DNA from: Candidatus Sumerlaeia bacterium
GTDB lineage: Bacteria > Sumerlaeota > Sumerlaeia > SLMS01 > JANRJK01
DNA: 48,572 nucleotides
Reading direction: 5' to 3'
NCBI GenBank assembly: GCA_033764015.1
Contig: JANRJK010000022.1
Span: forward strand, 1 to 48,572
Position numbers and translations under genes: made by a program. The notes under the pieces were generated by a model. That model was not told where the DNA came from and did no database searches. It saw only the letters and a program-made list of their open reading frames with translations. Shown here one piece after another: positions 35,166-45,357 of this stretch. Each line of letters opens with the position of its first letter. The first letter of the stretch is position 1.

Positions 35166-36952
35166 AGCGCGACACCGTCCCGCGGCCCCCACAGCGCGCG
35201 CCCCTCCGGCGGGCGCCGCGCCGCCAGCTCCGCCTCGGTCCCCCGCAGCCACAGGTGCGTGGCGCCGCTTTGGACCAGCGCCGCGTGCCACGCGTCCGGA
35301 TCGGCGCCGGGGCCGGCGGCGAGGCGCTCCGCCGCGCGCAGCCGCGCCGCGAAATCCTCCTCCGAGATCGTCCCGAGGCCCCAGAGGTTGGGTTCCTCGA
35401 CGGGCAACTGCGCACGCCCGGTGAAGGCGGGGAAGGCATAGGAGGGCGGCCAGACGGCGACTGCCGCGCTCGGCGGCAGCTCGCGGCGCGCGAAGGCGAG
35501 CGACTCGAGCGCCGCGGGGCCGAGCTGGACGACCGGCGGACCGAACAGCACGCGCACGCCGCCTCCGACAGCGGTCGGCAGTAGCAGCACGCCCGCGCCG
35601 AGCGCCGCCGCTCCCATCGCGAACCGCCTCGCCGGCAGCGCGGACAGGCCCAGCAGGCCGAGGAACGCCGCCGCGTGGGCGAAGCGCTCCGCGTTGAAGA
35701 GCGTGAAGGCGCGCGGCCAGCTCGCGCCGGGCTGCATGAACCCCGAGGCGAGGTACGCCGCGAAAAGCCCCGCGCAGAGCACCGCCGCCCGCGGCGTCCA
35801 GCGGCCGCGGACCGCGCCGAAGCAGGCGAGCGATACCGCCGCCGGCGCCAGCCACGGGCGCAGCGCGGGCCACAGCTCGGCCCAGGGCACGGCGAGCAGC
35901 CGCCACAGCTCGCCGCCTCCGCCATGCGGGAGTTGGCTGGTCCGCAGGAACAGCGCGCCGCCCGCCAGGAAGAACACCAGGACGAGAGGTTGCGTCTGCC
36001 GCGAAGCACGCGTTCCCGCGGCGGCGAGGCTCGCCAATCCCACCGCCGCCGAGACGAGGTGCCCCAGCAGCAGTGCGAACAGCAGGAGCGTCGCGAGCGC
36101 CCAGCGTTTGCGCCCGAGGACGTGGGGCCTCGGCCCGAGCATCCACCACAGCGCGAAGAGCACCGGGGCCGCGAAGGCGTTCGTCTGCGGATAGATGAGC
36201 AGGTCCGGGCGCAGCGCGCCGTAGGCGGCGGCGGCGACCAGGCCCCCCGCGGCCCGGCGCGCGGCGGTGCGCCCCGGCGCCAACCCCGCCGCCGCCAGCG
36301 CCAGCATCGCGAATCCGCACAGGTGAACGACGGGGCCGACGGACCCGGCGACGCTCGGCACCGGCTGGCTCGACAGCGCGGCCAAGTTCGCCAACGCGCC
36401 GTGGAAGAGCGACATGTATTGGTTCTCCGCACCGGCGAGGAACGGGTTCACGCGGGGATACCGCCCCTCGACCAGCCAGCGCTCCGCCATCGCCATCGCG
36501 TAGAAGCCGTCGCCCGCGAACCAGTACGCCGCTCGGTAGCCGCCGTCGGTGGCGTGGCCGCTCGCGGCATAGGCGAGCCCCACGGGGACCGCGCCCAACG
36601 CTGCGGCGAGCAAGGCGGCCCGCGCCGCCGGCCCCCCGCCGGAAACGCGCGGGCGGTTTCCCCCCGCAAGCCCCAGCGCCAAGGAAAACGCCAGCGTGGC
36701 CATGCCGGCGCCGCGCATCCCCACCACCGGGGCGAACATCGCGCCGAAGCCCCACAGGACCAGCGACAGCGGCGCCGCCAATGCGAGGCTCTCGATCAGC
36801 CGCGGACGCCTCCGCACCACAAGCGCCGCCCACCAGCCCGGCAGCAGGAAGAGCGGCCAGAGGGCGCCCAGGGCCCACCCGGCGGCGGCGAACACCGCGC
36901 CGCCGAACACCCAGATCCATCCGCCCCCGCGGGCGCCGCGCACCGGTTCCAT
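35078..36952 (-). CDS. Polytopic membrane protein, possibly GT-C-like
   Basis: More than 10 hydrophobic segments; loop GDGFY...PRVNPFLAG; soluble C-terminal domain (PAFTGR...LYEL); GGGAG RBS before ATG at 36952. Confidence 0.65.
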   Translation of the reverse strand: MEPVRGARGGGWIWVFGGAVFAAAGWALGALWPLFLLPGWWAALVVRRRPRLIESLALAAPLSLVLWGFGAMFAPVVGMRGAGMATLAFSLALGLAGGNRPRVSGGGPAARAALLAAALGAVPVGLAYAASGHATDGGYRAAYWFAGDGFYAMAMAERWLVEGRYPRVNPFLAGAENQYMSLFHGALANLAALSSQPVPSVAGSVGPVVHLCGFAMLALAAAGLAPGRTAARRAAGGLVAAAAYGALRPDLLIYPQTNAFAAPVLFALWWMLGPRPHVLGRKRWALATLLLFALLLGHLVSAAVGLASLAAAGTRASRQTQPLVLVFFLAGGALFLRTSQLPHGGGGELWRLLAVPWAELWPALRPWLAPAAVSLACFGAVRGRWTPRAAVLCAGLFAAYLASGFMQPGASWPRAFTLFNAERFAHAAAFLGLLGLSALPARRFAMGAAALGAGVLLLPTAVGGGVRVLFGPPVVQLGPAALESLAFARRELPPSAAVAVWPPSYAFPAFTGRAQLPVEEPNLWGLGTISEEDFAARLRAAERLAAGPGADPDAWHAALVQSGATHLWLRGTEAELAARRPPEGRALWGPRDGVALYELPARLVSARSQSTVRRRPSSNSTSGS

Positions 36953-37109
36953 GCGGCGACACTCCCCCGCCCGGCGGGGCGTGCGCAACCGGCGGCGGGC
37001 GGTCCGGCTTGCGCTTGCGGGCGCCGCGTGAATAACGGGGATGCTCTCGTGTATTCTGACCCGGGCGCGGGCCGCACGCCGCGCCACTCAAGACGCAAGG
37101 AGCCACGCC

Positions 37110-37682
37110 ATGGTCGGCGGCCTGCTCGGCATCATCCTCGGAACCCTCTGCCTCGGCCTGGTCCTGGTCGCGCTCTACGCCGTCGGCGCCTACAACGCCC
37201 TCGTTCGCCTCCGCAACCAGGTGAAGAACGCCTGGGCCCAGATCGACGTGCAGCTCAAGCGCCGCTACGACCTGATCCCGAACCTGGTCGAGACGGCGAA
37301 GGGCTACATGAAGCACGAGCGCGAGACGCTCGAGGCGGTCATCAAGGCGCGCCAGATGGCGATCGACGCCAGCTCGATCAAGGACAAGATCGACGCCGAG
37401 AACGCCCTCACCAGCACGCTCCGCTCGCTCATGATGGTCTCGGAGAACTACCCGGACCTGAAGGCGAACACGAACATGATGGCGCTGCAGGAGGAGCTGA
37501 CCTCGACGGAGAACAAGATCGGCTTCGCCCGCCAGCACTACAACGACTCGGTGCTGTCGTACAACGTGAAGGCCCAGAGCTTCCCGACGAATCTCCTGAT
37601 CGGCCTCATGGGGTTCGACCGCGAAGAGAAGCTCTTCGAGGTGCAAGGCATCGAACGCGAAGCGCCCCGCGTACAGTTCTAA
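37110..37682 (+). CDS. lemA: LemA family protein
   Basis: YNALVRLRN, AWAQIDVQLKRRYDLIPNLVET, ENYPDLKAN and ENKI.FARQ.YND; AAGGAG RBS. Confidence 0.96.
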   Translation: MVGGLLGIILGTLCLGLVLVALYAVGAYNALVRLRNQVKNAWAQIDVQLKRRYDLIPNLVETAKGYMKHERETLEAVIKARQMAIDASSIKDKIDAENALTSTLRSLMMVSENYPDLKANTNMMALQEELTSTENKIGFARQHYNDSVLSYNVKAQSFPTNLLIGLMGFDREEKLFEVQGIEREAPRVQF

Positions 37683-37711
37683 CGCCCGCGCCACCCACCC
37701 CGGAATCCCCT

Positions 37712-37738
37712 GCGGGCGGTCCCAAGCGGACCGCCCGC
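37712..37738. terminator. Stem-loop between the convergent lemA and DUF4276-like genes
   Basis: 11-bp perfect stem gcgggcggtcc / ggaccgcccgc with a 5-nt loop. Confidence 0.55.
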
Positions 37739-37768
37739 TGGCTATTTGGAGGGGGGCGCTCCCGCTTG

Positions 37769-38428
37769 CTAGCAGAGCGACTCCAGCCACTCCAACCATT
37801 CCCGGAAGTGCGGACACTCGCGCCGCATGGCATCGAGGCCGACAGCAAGCGCAAGTTTCTTTCCTTGCTCACGTTTGTTGTATCGTAAATAGACGTCGGC
37901 AAACCGTCTCGCCGGCGTGGTACCATAGTTACCATTTATATGTTCAGGAGTCTCAAAAGCGTCTCGAATCTTCTGTAACTGCGCCTCTAAATCCGGCCTT
38001 CCGATGCATCTTGCGAGACTTTGGGGATCGCTAAACAAGAGCCCCTCAAACTCGTGAATAATCAGGAAGCATCGAAATCGGGAGGGGTTAAAGTTTCCCC
38101 CCATCCCCGCTATCACCTCCTGCTCAACTCCCTCCTCGATAGCACGCGCCCTTCGACTGGGCTCAGAAGACGCCAATCCCTCGCGACCAGGAAAGTCGGT
38201 GCTGATGGCGTAATAGTCGAAAAGTGTCGTAAGCACACACTCCGAGTCGTTCTTCAATGCACGCAGCATGTCTGGCAGAACTCGCGAAAACTTGATATCT
38301 CCACCGCGTCCCTTTCCCGCCTTCGTATAGTACTTGCCAGGCAGAAAGCTACTCAAACACAAGTTCGGAAGAAATGCGTGATAAAGAACCTCCGCGACAA
38401 ATCCCTGCTCTGTTGGACCCTCGCACAT
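37769..38428 (-). CDS. DUF4276-like (TOPRIM-type) protein; start uncertain
   Basis: EGPTE..FV, TTLFDYY, HEFEGLLFSD, PEHIN and CPHFREWL; lower GC than the host. The ancestral start is probably 38446 (now AGG); the nearest ATG is 38428 and an upstream GTG lies at 38482. Confidence 0.8.
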   Translation of the reverse strand: MCEGPTEQGFVAEVLYHAFLPNLCLSSFLPGKYYTKAGKGRGGDIKFSRVLPDMLRALKNDSECVLTTLFDYYAISTDFPGREGLASSEPSRRARAIEEGVEQEVIAGMGGNFNPSRFRCFLIIHEFEGLLFSDPQSLARCIGRPDLEAQLQKIRDAFETPEHINGNYGTTPARRFADVYLRYNKREQGKKLALAVGLDAMRRECPHFREWLEWLESLC

Positions 38429-39585
38429 TACATGAACACGTTTCCTTGGACTGGTCCGCCTCCAATCACATTCTTCCGCCACAGCTCACCGCTGGAGTAC
38501 TCCTCCAACCATACCGCATACTCTTCCTCCGACAGCCGGCGCAGCGTGGATTCGCGACCGGCGCGGGAGACCACGACGATTTCGTCCAAGCTGAACTCAT
38601 CCACGAGCTGGACCGACTGCGTTGCGACCATCACTTGGCAGTGCTCGGAAGCCTTGCGGATCAACGCCCCCAGCAATGTGATCGCGTGCGGATGCAGCCC
38701 GAGTTCCGGTTCGTCCAACAGCATCAGCGAGGGCAGGTTCGCTTCCGGCTGGCAGAGCAGCGTCATCAAGGCGATGATCCGCAACATGCCGTCCGAAGCC
38801 TGTGATGCGGAGAAGATTTCCTCGCAACCAACCTCCCGCCATTGGAGCAGGACGTATCCGCTTTCCGGCTCCAACACAAACTCGGCAAAGAACGGCGCCA
38901 CCTGGCGAACCGTTCGCTGAATGCGCTGGTACGCGTCTCTTTGCTCGCTATCGCCATTGGCAAGCCGGTACAGAAACGCGGCCAAATTGGCCCCATCCCA
39001 GTGAAGATGCCGTCCATTCGCAGTCGAGGACTTGCCACGCAGCCCGGACGTGAGCGAGGTGTCGTGGAACTGATAGACAACACAGGAGCGGAGAAAGTCG
39101 CAAATAATGGGAGATTGAGCATCATTTCCCATGTCCGCGTGTGCCCGCAAGACAACTTCGCGCCTACCTACTGACTTATCGTAGAGAAATCTTCTGGCAC
39201 TCCGAGTCTCGGAGTCGGGTGATGGACTTGGGGCGGACCACTCTTCGCGCTCAATTACCAGTGTATCGCTTGCTCCAAAAGCCAAGGAAATCGCATAAGA
39301 GAGGCGTTTCCCCTCGCGTTCGAAATCCAAGGTGGCAGTTATTTCTTTCGTCTTCTTCGGCCCATCATGCAACAATTTCCGCGCACCGCCTGCCTGCGCG
39401 ACCGCAAGTTGCAGTTCCCCAGGGTCCGCCATCATGCGGCGGAGCAGCGAGAAGAACGAAATGAGGTTCGACTTCCCCGATCCGTTCCCGCCAAGGAGCA
39501 CACTGATCCGCCCCGGATCGAACGCGTCGATCTTGCCGTAGGACTTCCAGCCACTCAAAGTCAGTGAGGTGAGTGTTGCCGCCAC
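38428..39585 (-). CDS. AAA_21/AbiEii-type ABC ATPase
   Basis: Walker A GGNGSGKSN, YQFHDTS, signature ASDGMLR, Walker B LLDEPELGLHP, ATQS and C-terminal GELWRKNVIGGGP; GGAG RBS before GTG at 39585; lower GC. Confidence 0.9.
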   Translation of the reverse strand: MAATLTSLTLSGWKSYGKIDAFDPGRISVLLGGNGSGKSNLISFFSLLRRMMADPGELQLAVAQAGGARKLLHDGPKKTKEITATLDFEREGKRLSYAISLAFGASDTLVIEREEWSAPSPSPDSETRSARRFLYDKSVGRREVVLRAHADMGNDAQSPIICDFLRSCVVYQFHDTSLTSGLRGKSSTANGRHLHWDGANLAAFLYRLANGDSEQRDAYQRIQRTVRQVAPFFAEFVLEPESGYVLLQWREVGCEEIFSASQASDGMLRIIALMTLLCQPEANLPSLMLLDEPELGLHPHAITLLGALIRKASEHCQVMVATQSVQLVDEFSLDEIVVVSRAGRESTLRRLSEEEYAVWLEEYSSGELWRKNVIGGGPVQGNVFM

Positions 39586-39697
39586 AGCGCGTCTCCAGAA
39601 TCCGGCTAGAATCATGAGGTGCGCGGGAGCGATTCGGGTCAACCTTGGTTGTCGGCACCCCGGCGGGGGCGGGCTGCGCCCCATCGCCTCCAATGAC

Positions 39698-39733
39698 AAA
39701 GCCCCCCGCCCGGCTCATCACCGGGCGGGGGGC
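39698..39733 (-). terminator. Intrinsic terminator of groES-groEL
   Basis: 13-bp perfect stem gccccccgcccgg (39701-39713) / ccgggcggggggc (39721-39733) followed by TTT on the minus strand. Confidence 0.75.
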
Positions 39734-39797
39734 GTTGCTGCTTTCCAACTGCAACCGCGTCAGCTTTCCATGCGGGCGAAGCGCCCGCGCGGCGCCG

Positions 39798-41435
<1,638 letters not shown>

Positions 41436-41732
41436 TTAGTTCTGCGACACGACCGCGAGGATTTCGCTCTCGCGGACGATCAGGTACTCGTGGCCGCCGA
41501 TCTTGACGTCGTTGCCGGAGTACTTGCCGAACAGGACGCGGTCGCCGATCTTGACGGTCAGCGGGACCAGCTCGCCCTTCTCGTCGCGGGTGCCGTCGCC
41601 GACGGAGACGATCTTGCCCTCGATGGGCTTCTCCTTGGCGGTGTCCGGGATGATGATGCCGCCGGCGCTCTTCTGCTCGGCCGGGTCGATCCGCTCGATG
41701 AGGACGCGGTCGTGGAGGGGCTTGACGGGCAT
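41436..41732 (-). CDS. groS: Co-chaperonin GroES
   Basis: [20 protein letters not shown] and [20 protein letters not shown] before ATG at 41732. Confidence 0.97.
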   Translation of the reverse strand: MPVKPLHDRVLIERIDPAEQKSAGGIIIPDTAKEKPIEGKIVSVGDGTRDEKGELVPLTVKIGDRVLFGKYSGNDVKIGGHEYLIVRESEILAVVSQN

Positions 41733-41783
41733 TTGGGGACTCTCCTTCTGGGAGGAGTGGAGTGTTTGTCGGGGGGGTGAGTG

Positions 41784-41798
41784 GCAAACGCGGTGCCA
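41784..41798 (-). promoter_or_regulatory. Putative sigma54 promoter of groES-groEL
   Basis: Minus strand reads TGGCACcgcgtTTGC, a near-perfect -24/-12 consensus about 50 nt upstream of groES. Confidence 0.7.
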
Positions 41799-42139
41799 TT
41801 CGGCGCGGAGGGCGGAAGCGGCGCGCGATGCGGGCATGAGTAACTGATTTGCTTCATTTTAGGCCGCCAGAGCCACTTCCCGTGGAGGCGCCCCCATTCG
41901 GCGCGCGCCCCCTCCGGCGGCCCACACGGAGCCGCTGATAAACATAATGAAATCAATCCGTGCGCACTAGCGTTGGCGACCCGCGCGGCAACCGGCTCGC
42001 AGAGTGCGCGCGAAGGGGGCCTTCCTGTGTCGCCGTGCGCCACCGGGCGGGGCTAGGCCAGCGCGATTTCCGTCGCGTGCATCGCCGCCGGTGTGCATGG
42101 TCACCGAGGTTCCAGCACGCGATCAAGGAGGGTTCCCCA

Positions 42140-43660
42140 ATGACCGACTTCCCGCGGCTCCGATTGGCCGCCTGCGCCGCGCTGCTTGCCGCTTTCGCCA
42201 CTGTGCTTGGTGCCGAACCGCAGGGGGCCGGCAACGGCTCGGCGGGGGTGGCGCCCGTCAACCCGTTCGACCCCGCAAACGCGAACGTCGCCCCGTTTGT
42301 TTCGGGGGAGGAGCTGCTTTACCTCCTCGATTATCCGAGAGCCGCAGGGCCCGACCGCGTGTTGATCATCTCGGCGGCCGATTTCCAGTTCCCCAGGCCG
42401 CCGCGGGGCGGTTCGGACCTCGAGTCCTACGCCGAGAAGTGCCGCGCAGAGGGCTTCCACGCCGACCGGTTCGAAGGTCCGGGCTGGGAGGCCTGGGCAT
42501 TCGGTTATCGCAGCCAGCAGACCTTCCGCGGCGGCTTCCACGGCTTCAAGTCCCCCGCGGTTCTGGTGGTGGCGCCCAGCCCATCGGCGGCGTTGCGGCC
42601 GCTGGCCGAGGCCCTCGGTATCCGCGTCAGGGTGGACCCCTCCGTCGCCGAGCGCGCTGCTGCCCAGTTCGAGCGGGAGGTGGAACTCTGGAAGCCGATC
42701 CAAGACGCCCGGGCGCTCCTCGGCACCGAGTTGGATCCCTTCGATCAGGCCCCGGTCGAGGAGCTGGTGCTCAGGGTTGGCGAGCAGCGGTCGCCGCTCT
42801 ACCTGCTGGAAGTGGTGGCGCTCCATGCGGGAGCGGTCTTGGAAGCCGGCGACGGGGCCACTTGGAACATCAGGCATCCACGACCGGGCAACGAAACGGA
42901 CCGGCTGCTTGAGCAGGCCCTCACGCTGGACAACGCGGGGTGGTTCCGCAGCCCCTCTTTCGACCCGAGGCGGGTCTGCGCGCTGGTCGGGCCGCAGGTG
43001 GTCCCCTCGGTCGAGGCGATGCTCGGGGATGCCCCGGCGCGCAACGATCTCGGGGATGTGCGCGGCCTTCTAGAATGCTTGAGTCGAGTGGACTCGCCCG
43101 AGCGCGACGCCCTCTACGTTCGGTTCCTCCGAGAGTCGGTCGAGCGCGTCCGCAATGGTGGATGGCATCCGGCCAGTAGCGTTCTCTTCGAGACGCTCGC
43201 GACGTCCACGGCCCCCGGAGCGGAGGAAGCGATGCGCGCCTATCTGGGCGGCCCGATGGATCTATCAGCCCGGACGGCGCTCGCGGCGATGGGGGCACCG
43301 CCCGAGCCTGGCTCCGAAGGGCAGGAACTGCGCTTCGGCACCTCCGGTGCCGAAGCCGCGGCAGGCCCCGAGGAACTCGAGCTGCTTCCCCAGCTTGCGC
43401 GCCTCGCCGTCGGAGAAGGGTCCGATTGGATCGCCGTCGAAAGCCGAACCGCCGAGGGGCCGTTGGCAGTCTGGAAAGGCACCGATTCGCAGAAGGGAGC
43501 GCGCTGGGAAGTCCGCCTGGCGCGTGCCGACGCGGACCGCTTCGTGTTCGAGACGTCCTACTATTGCGGGGGGCTGTGCGGCCATGGTTACGAGGGCGTC
43601 GCCGCCAAGGTGCGCGGCCGCTGGGTGTTGGTCGAGGTTCGGAACACGTGGGTTAGCTAG
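42140..43660 (+). CDS. Secreted hypothetical protein with a C-terminal CGxLCG motif
   Basis: AAGGAGG RBS, signal peptide, helical central part and C-terminal YYCGGLCGHGY...WVS. Confidence 0.75.
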   Translation: MTDFPRLRLAACAALLAAFATVLGAEPQGAGNGSAGVAPVNPFDPANANVAPFVSGEELLYLLDYPRAAGPDRVLIISAADFQFPRPPRGGSDLESYAEKCRAEGFHADRFEGPGWEAWAFGYRSQQTFRGGFHGFKSPAVLVVAPSPSAALRPLAEALGIRVRVDPSVAERAAAQFEREVELWKPIQDARALLGTELDPFDQAPVEELVLRVGEQRSPLYLLEVVALHAGAVLEAGDGATWNIRHPRPGNETDRLLEQALTLDNAGWFRSPSFDPRRVCALVGPQVVPSVEAMLGDAPARNDLGDVRGLLECLSRVDSPERDALYVRFLRESVERVRNGGWHPASSVLFETLATSTAPGAEEAMRAYLGGPMDLSARTALAAMGAPPEPGSEGQELRFGTSGAEAAAGPEELELLPQLARLAVGEGSDWIAVESRTAEGPLAVWKGTDSQKGARWEVRLARADADRFVFETSYYCGGLCGHGYEGVAAKVRGRWVLVEVRNTWVS

Positions 43661-43765
43661 CGGCGGCGGAGGGTGCGCCGCTCCTCCCCCCGGGGTGGTC
43701 CCGGTATCGAGCGCTTGCCCCGGGGGGGCGTGCCGGGGGTGGCTGGCGGCGGGGTATTCGACCGT

Positions 43766-43987
43766 ATGGAACGCGACACGACCGGAACCCGATCGATCGT
43801 CCTGAACGGCGATCCGCACGAGGCCGCCGCGGCGACGCTGGCGGAACTGCTCGACGAGCTGCAGCTTGGCGACCGGCCGGTGGCGACGCTGGTGAACGAC
43901 GAGATCGTGCGCCGGGCGGACCGCGCCGGGCGCGTGCTCTCGGCGGGCGACCGGGTCGAGGTCGTCTCGATGGTCGGCGGCGGCTAG
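43766..43987 (+). CDS. thiS: Sulfur carrier protein ThiS
   Basis: IVLNG, VNDEIV, GDRVEVV and C-terminal GGG; upstream of thiG. Confidence 0.92.
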   Translation: MERDTTGTRSIVLNGDPHEAAAATLAELLDELQLGDRPVATLVNDEIVRRADRAGRVLSAGDRVEVVSMVGGG

Positions 43988-44013
43988 GCCGCGCCCCCCG
44001 AAAGGAACGCACC

Positions 44014-44838
44014 ATGGCTATCGCCGCGCCGGATCCGAACCTCACCTCGGGCGCCTGCCCGGAAAGCGGGCTCGCGGACGGGCCGCTGCGCTTCGGCGGG
44101 TACGCGCTCGATTCGCGCATGATCGTCGGCACCGGGAAGTACTCCAGCTTCGAGGTGATGCGCGCCGCGCACCGCGCCAGCGGCTCGCAGATGGTCACCG
44201 TCGCGCTCCGCCGCGTGGACCTGAAGAACCCGGCGAACAACATCCTGAACTTCATCGACCGCGACCGGATGCACCTGCTGCCCAACACGGCGGGGTGCTA
44301 CACGGCGGGGGACGCGGTGAAGGTGGCGCGCCTGGCGCGCGAGGTCGAGCTCGGCGACCTCGTCAAGGTGGAGGTGATCGGCGACGAGAAGACGCTGATG
44401 CCCTGCCCCGTCGGAACGCTGGAGGCGACGCGGATCCTCGCGGCGGAGGGCTTCACGGTGATGGCGTACTGCAGCGACGACATCGTGCTGTGCCGGCGGC
44501 TGGAGGAGGCGGGGGCGGCGGTGGTGATGCCGCTCGGCTCGCCGATCGGCAGCGGGCGCGGCATCCTGAACCCCTCGAACATCCGCATCATCAAGGAGCT
44601 GCTGACGGTGCCGGTGGTGGTGGACGCCGGCGTGGGCACGGCGAGCGACTGCGCGCTGGCGATGGAGTTGGGCGTGGACGGCATCCTGCTGAACACGGCG
44701 ATCGCCGCGTCGGGCGATCCGGTGGCGATGGCGGCGGCGTGCCGCGACGCGACGCGCGCGGGGCGCACGGCGTTCCTGGCGGGGCGCATGGAGAAGCGGC
44801 GCTATGCCAGCGCCAGCAGCCCGATCAAGGATTTCTGA
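44014..44838 (+). CDS. thiG: Thiazole synthase
   Basis: SRMIVGTGKY, LPNTAGC, VKVEVIGD, MPLGSPIGSG, VDAGVGT and ASSP. Confidence 0.97.
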   Translation: MAIAAPDPNLTSGACPESGLADGPLRFGGYALDSRMIVGTGKYSSFEVMRAAHRASGSQMVTVALRRVDLKNPANNILNFIDRDRMHLLPNTAGCYTAGDAVKVARLAREVELGDLVKVEVIGDEKTLMPCPVGTLEATRILAAEGFTVMAYCSDDIVLCRRLEEAGAAVVMPLGSPIGSGRGILNPSNIRIIKELLTVPVVVDAGVGTASDCALAMELGVDGILLNTAIAASGDPVAMAAACRDATRAGRTAFLAGRMEKRRYASASSPIKDF

Positions 44839-44877
44839 CTCTGCACCAAGTCCCAGTGGCTCAAGGAGAAGACTAAA

Positions 44878-45231
44878 ATGCCCGACCAAGGGAAATCCGG
44901 TTCATGGACCCACCGGTCCGTGTATGAGGCGCTCGTTGCAAGGGGTGAGAAGCAGAAGGATCCGACCAAGAAGGACCGTTATGTCCAACTCTACCCTCAA
45001 GACAAGAACTGCGCAATCCTGTACGCGCCGGGGACCCAGTACCAACGAGCGCCCATCCACCTGAACAAGAGCAGAGAGGGGTGGAGGGAGGACGTTTGGC
45101 ATTCGATCAGACCGGCCCTCACGCCGAGTCCCGCGAAGGTCGACAACAAAGGGCCGGGGAAGGAATCGCAGAACTTCAGTCACTATCCGGTGCTCGACTG
45201 GGGCCTGCTGGCAAAGGCGCTGGGCCTGTAG
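44878..45231 (+). CDS. Small basic hypothetical protein with lower GC
   Basis: AAGGAG RBS; 117-aa ORF fills the thiG-RND intergenic space. Confidence 0.65.
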   Translation: MPDQGKSGSWTHRSVYEALVARGEKQKDPTKKDRYVQLYPQDKNCAILYAPGTQYQRAPIHLNKSREGWREDVWHSIRPALTPSPAKVDNKGPGKESQNFSHYPVLDWGLLAKALGL

Positions 45232-45357
45232 GCGCACTAGCGGCGCTTCCGGGGAACGGCGTTTGCACGGCCCGGGGGCGGGGGCGTAAAGGCTTCCCGC
45301 CCCCGAGCGTAGGCATTGCGAGGGGGTCCGCCCCCGCGATCCCCGCCGCGAGCCCCC

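Noticed and set aside
34079..37012. 14-bp match gcggtccggcttgc upstream of the epimerase and lemA genes
   Set aside because: It is short and GC-rich, and overlaps probable -35 regions; better explained by promoter similarity or chance than by an element boundary.
34002..37817. Very long alternative-frame ORFs (e.g. 34002-37817 -, 6525-9488 -, 8948-11185 +, 26131-28416 +, 39645-41396 +)
   Set aside because: These are Arg/Ala/Gly/Pro-rich or antisense shadow frames of well-supported genes, expected from stop-codon scarcity at high GC.
37746..39693. Imperfect inverted repeat (ttggagg..ggggcgc) around the ATPase-DUF4276 pair
   Set aside because: It is only 7+7 bp with a 4-nt indel in GC-rich DNA, and no target duplication was seen.
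41755..41790. CIRCE element upstream of groES
   Set aside because: Only a degenerate left arm (ttgccactc) is present, with no GAGTGCTAA arm after 9 nt.
43661..43765. TPP riboswitch upstream of thiS-thiG
   Set aside because: The CUGAGA and ACCUG core motifs are not visible in the ~100-nt leader.
41962..45242. 11-bp direct repeat gcgcactagcg (41962 and 45232) bracketing the hypothetical gene, thiS, thiG and the orphan
   Set aside because: Matches this short are expected by chance in 48 kb, and the enclosed thiS-thiG have host-like composition.
45252..45267. sigma54-like GGAACG-N4-TTGCA upstream of the RND gene
   Set aside because: It lacks the TGGC core and could equally be a sigma70 -35 (TTGCAC); too ambiguous to call.
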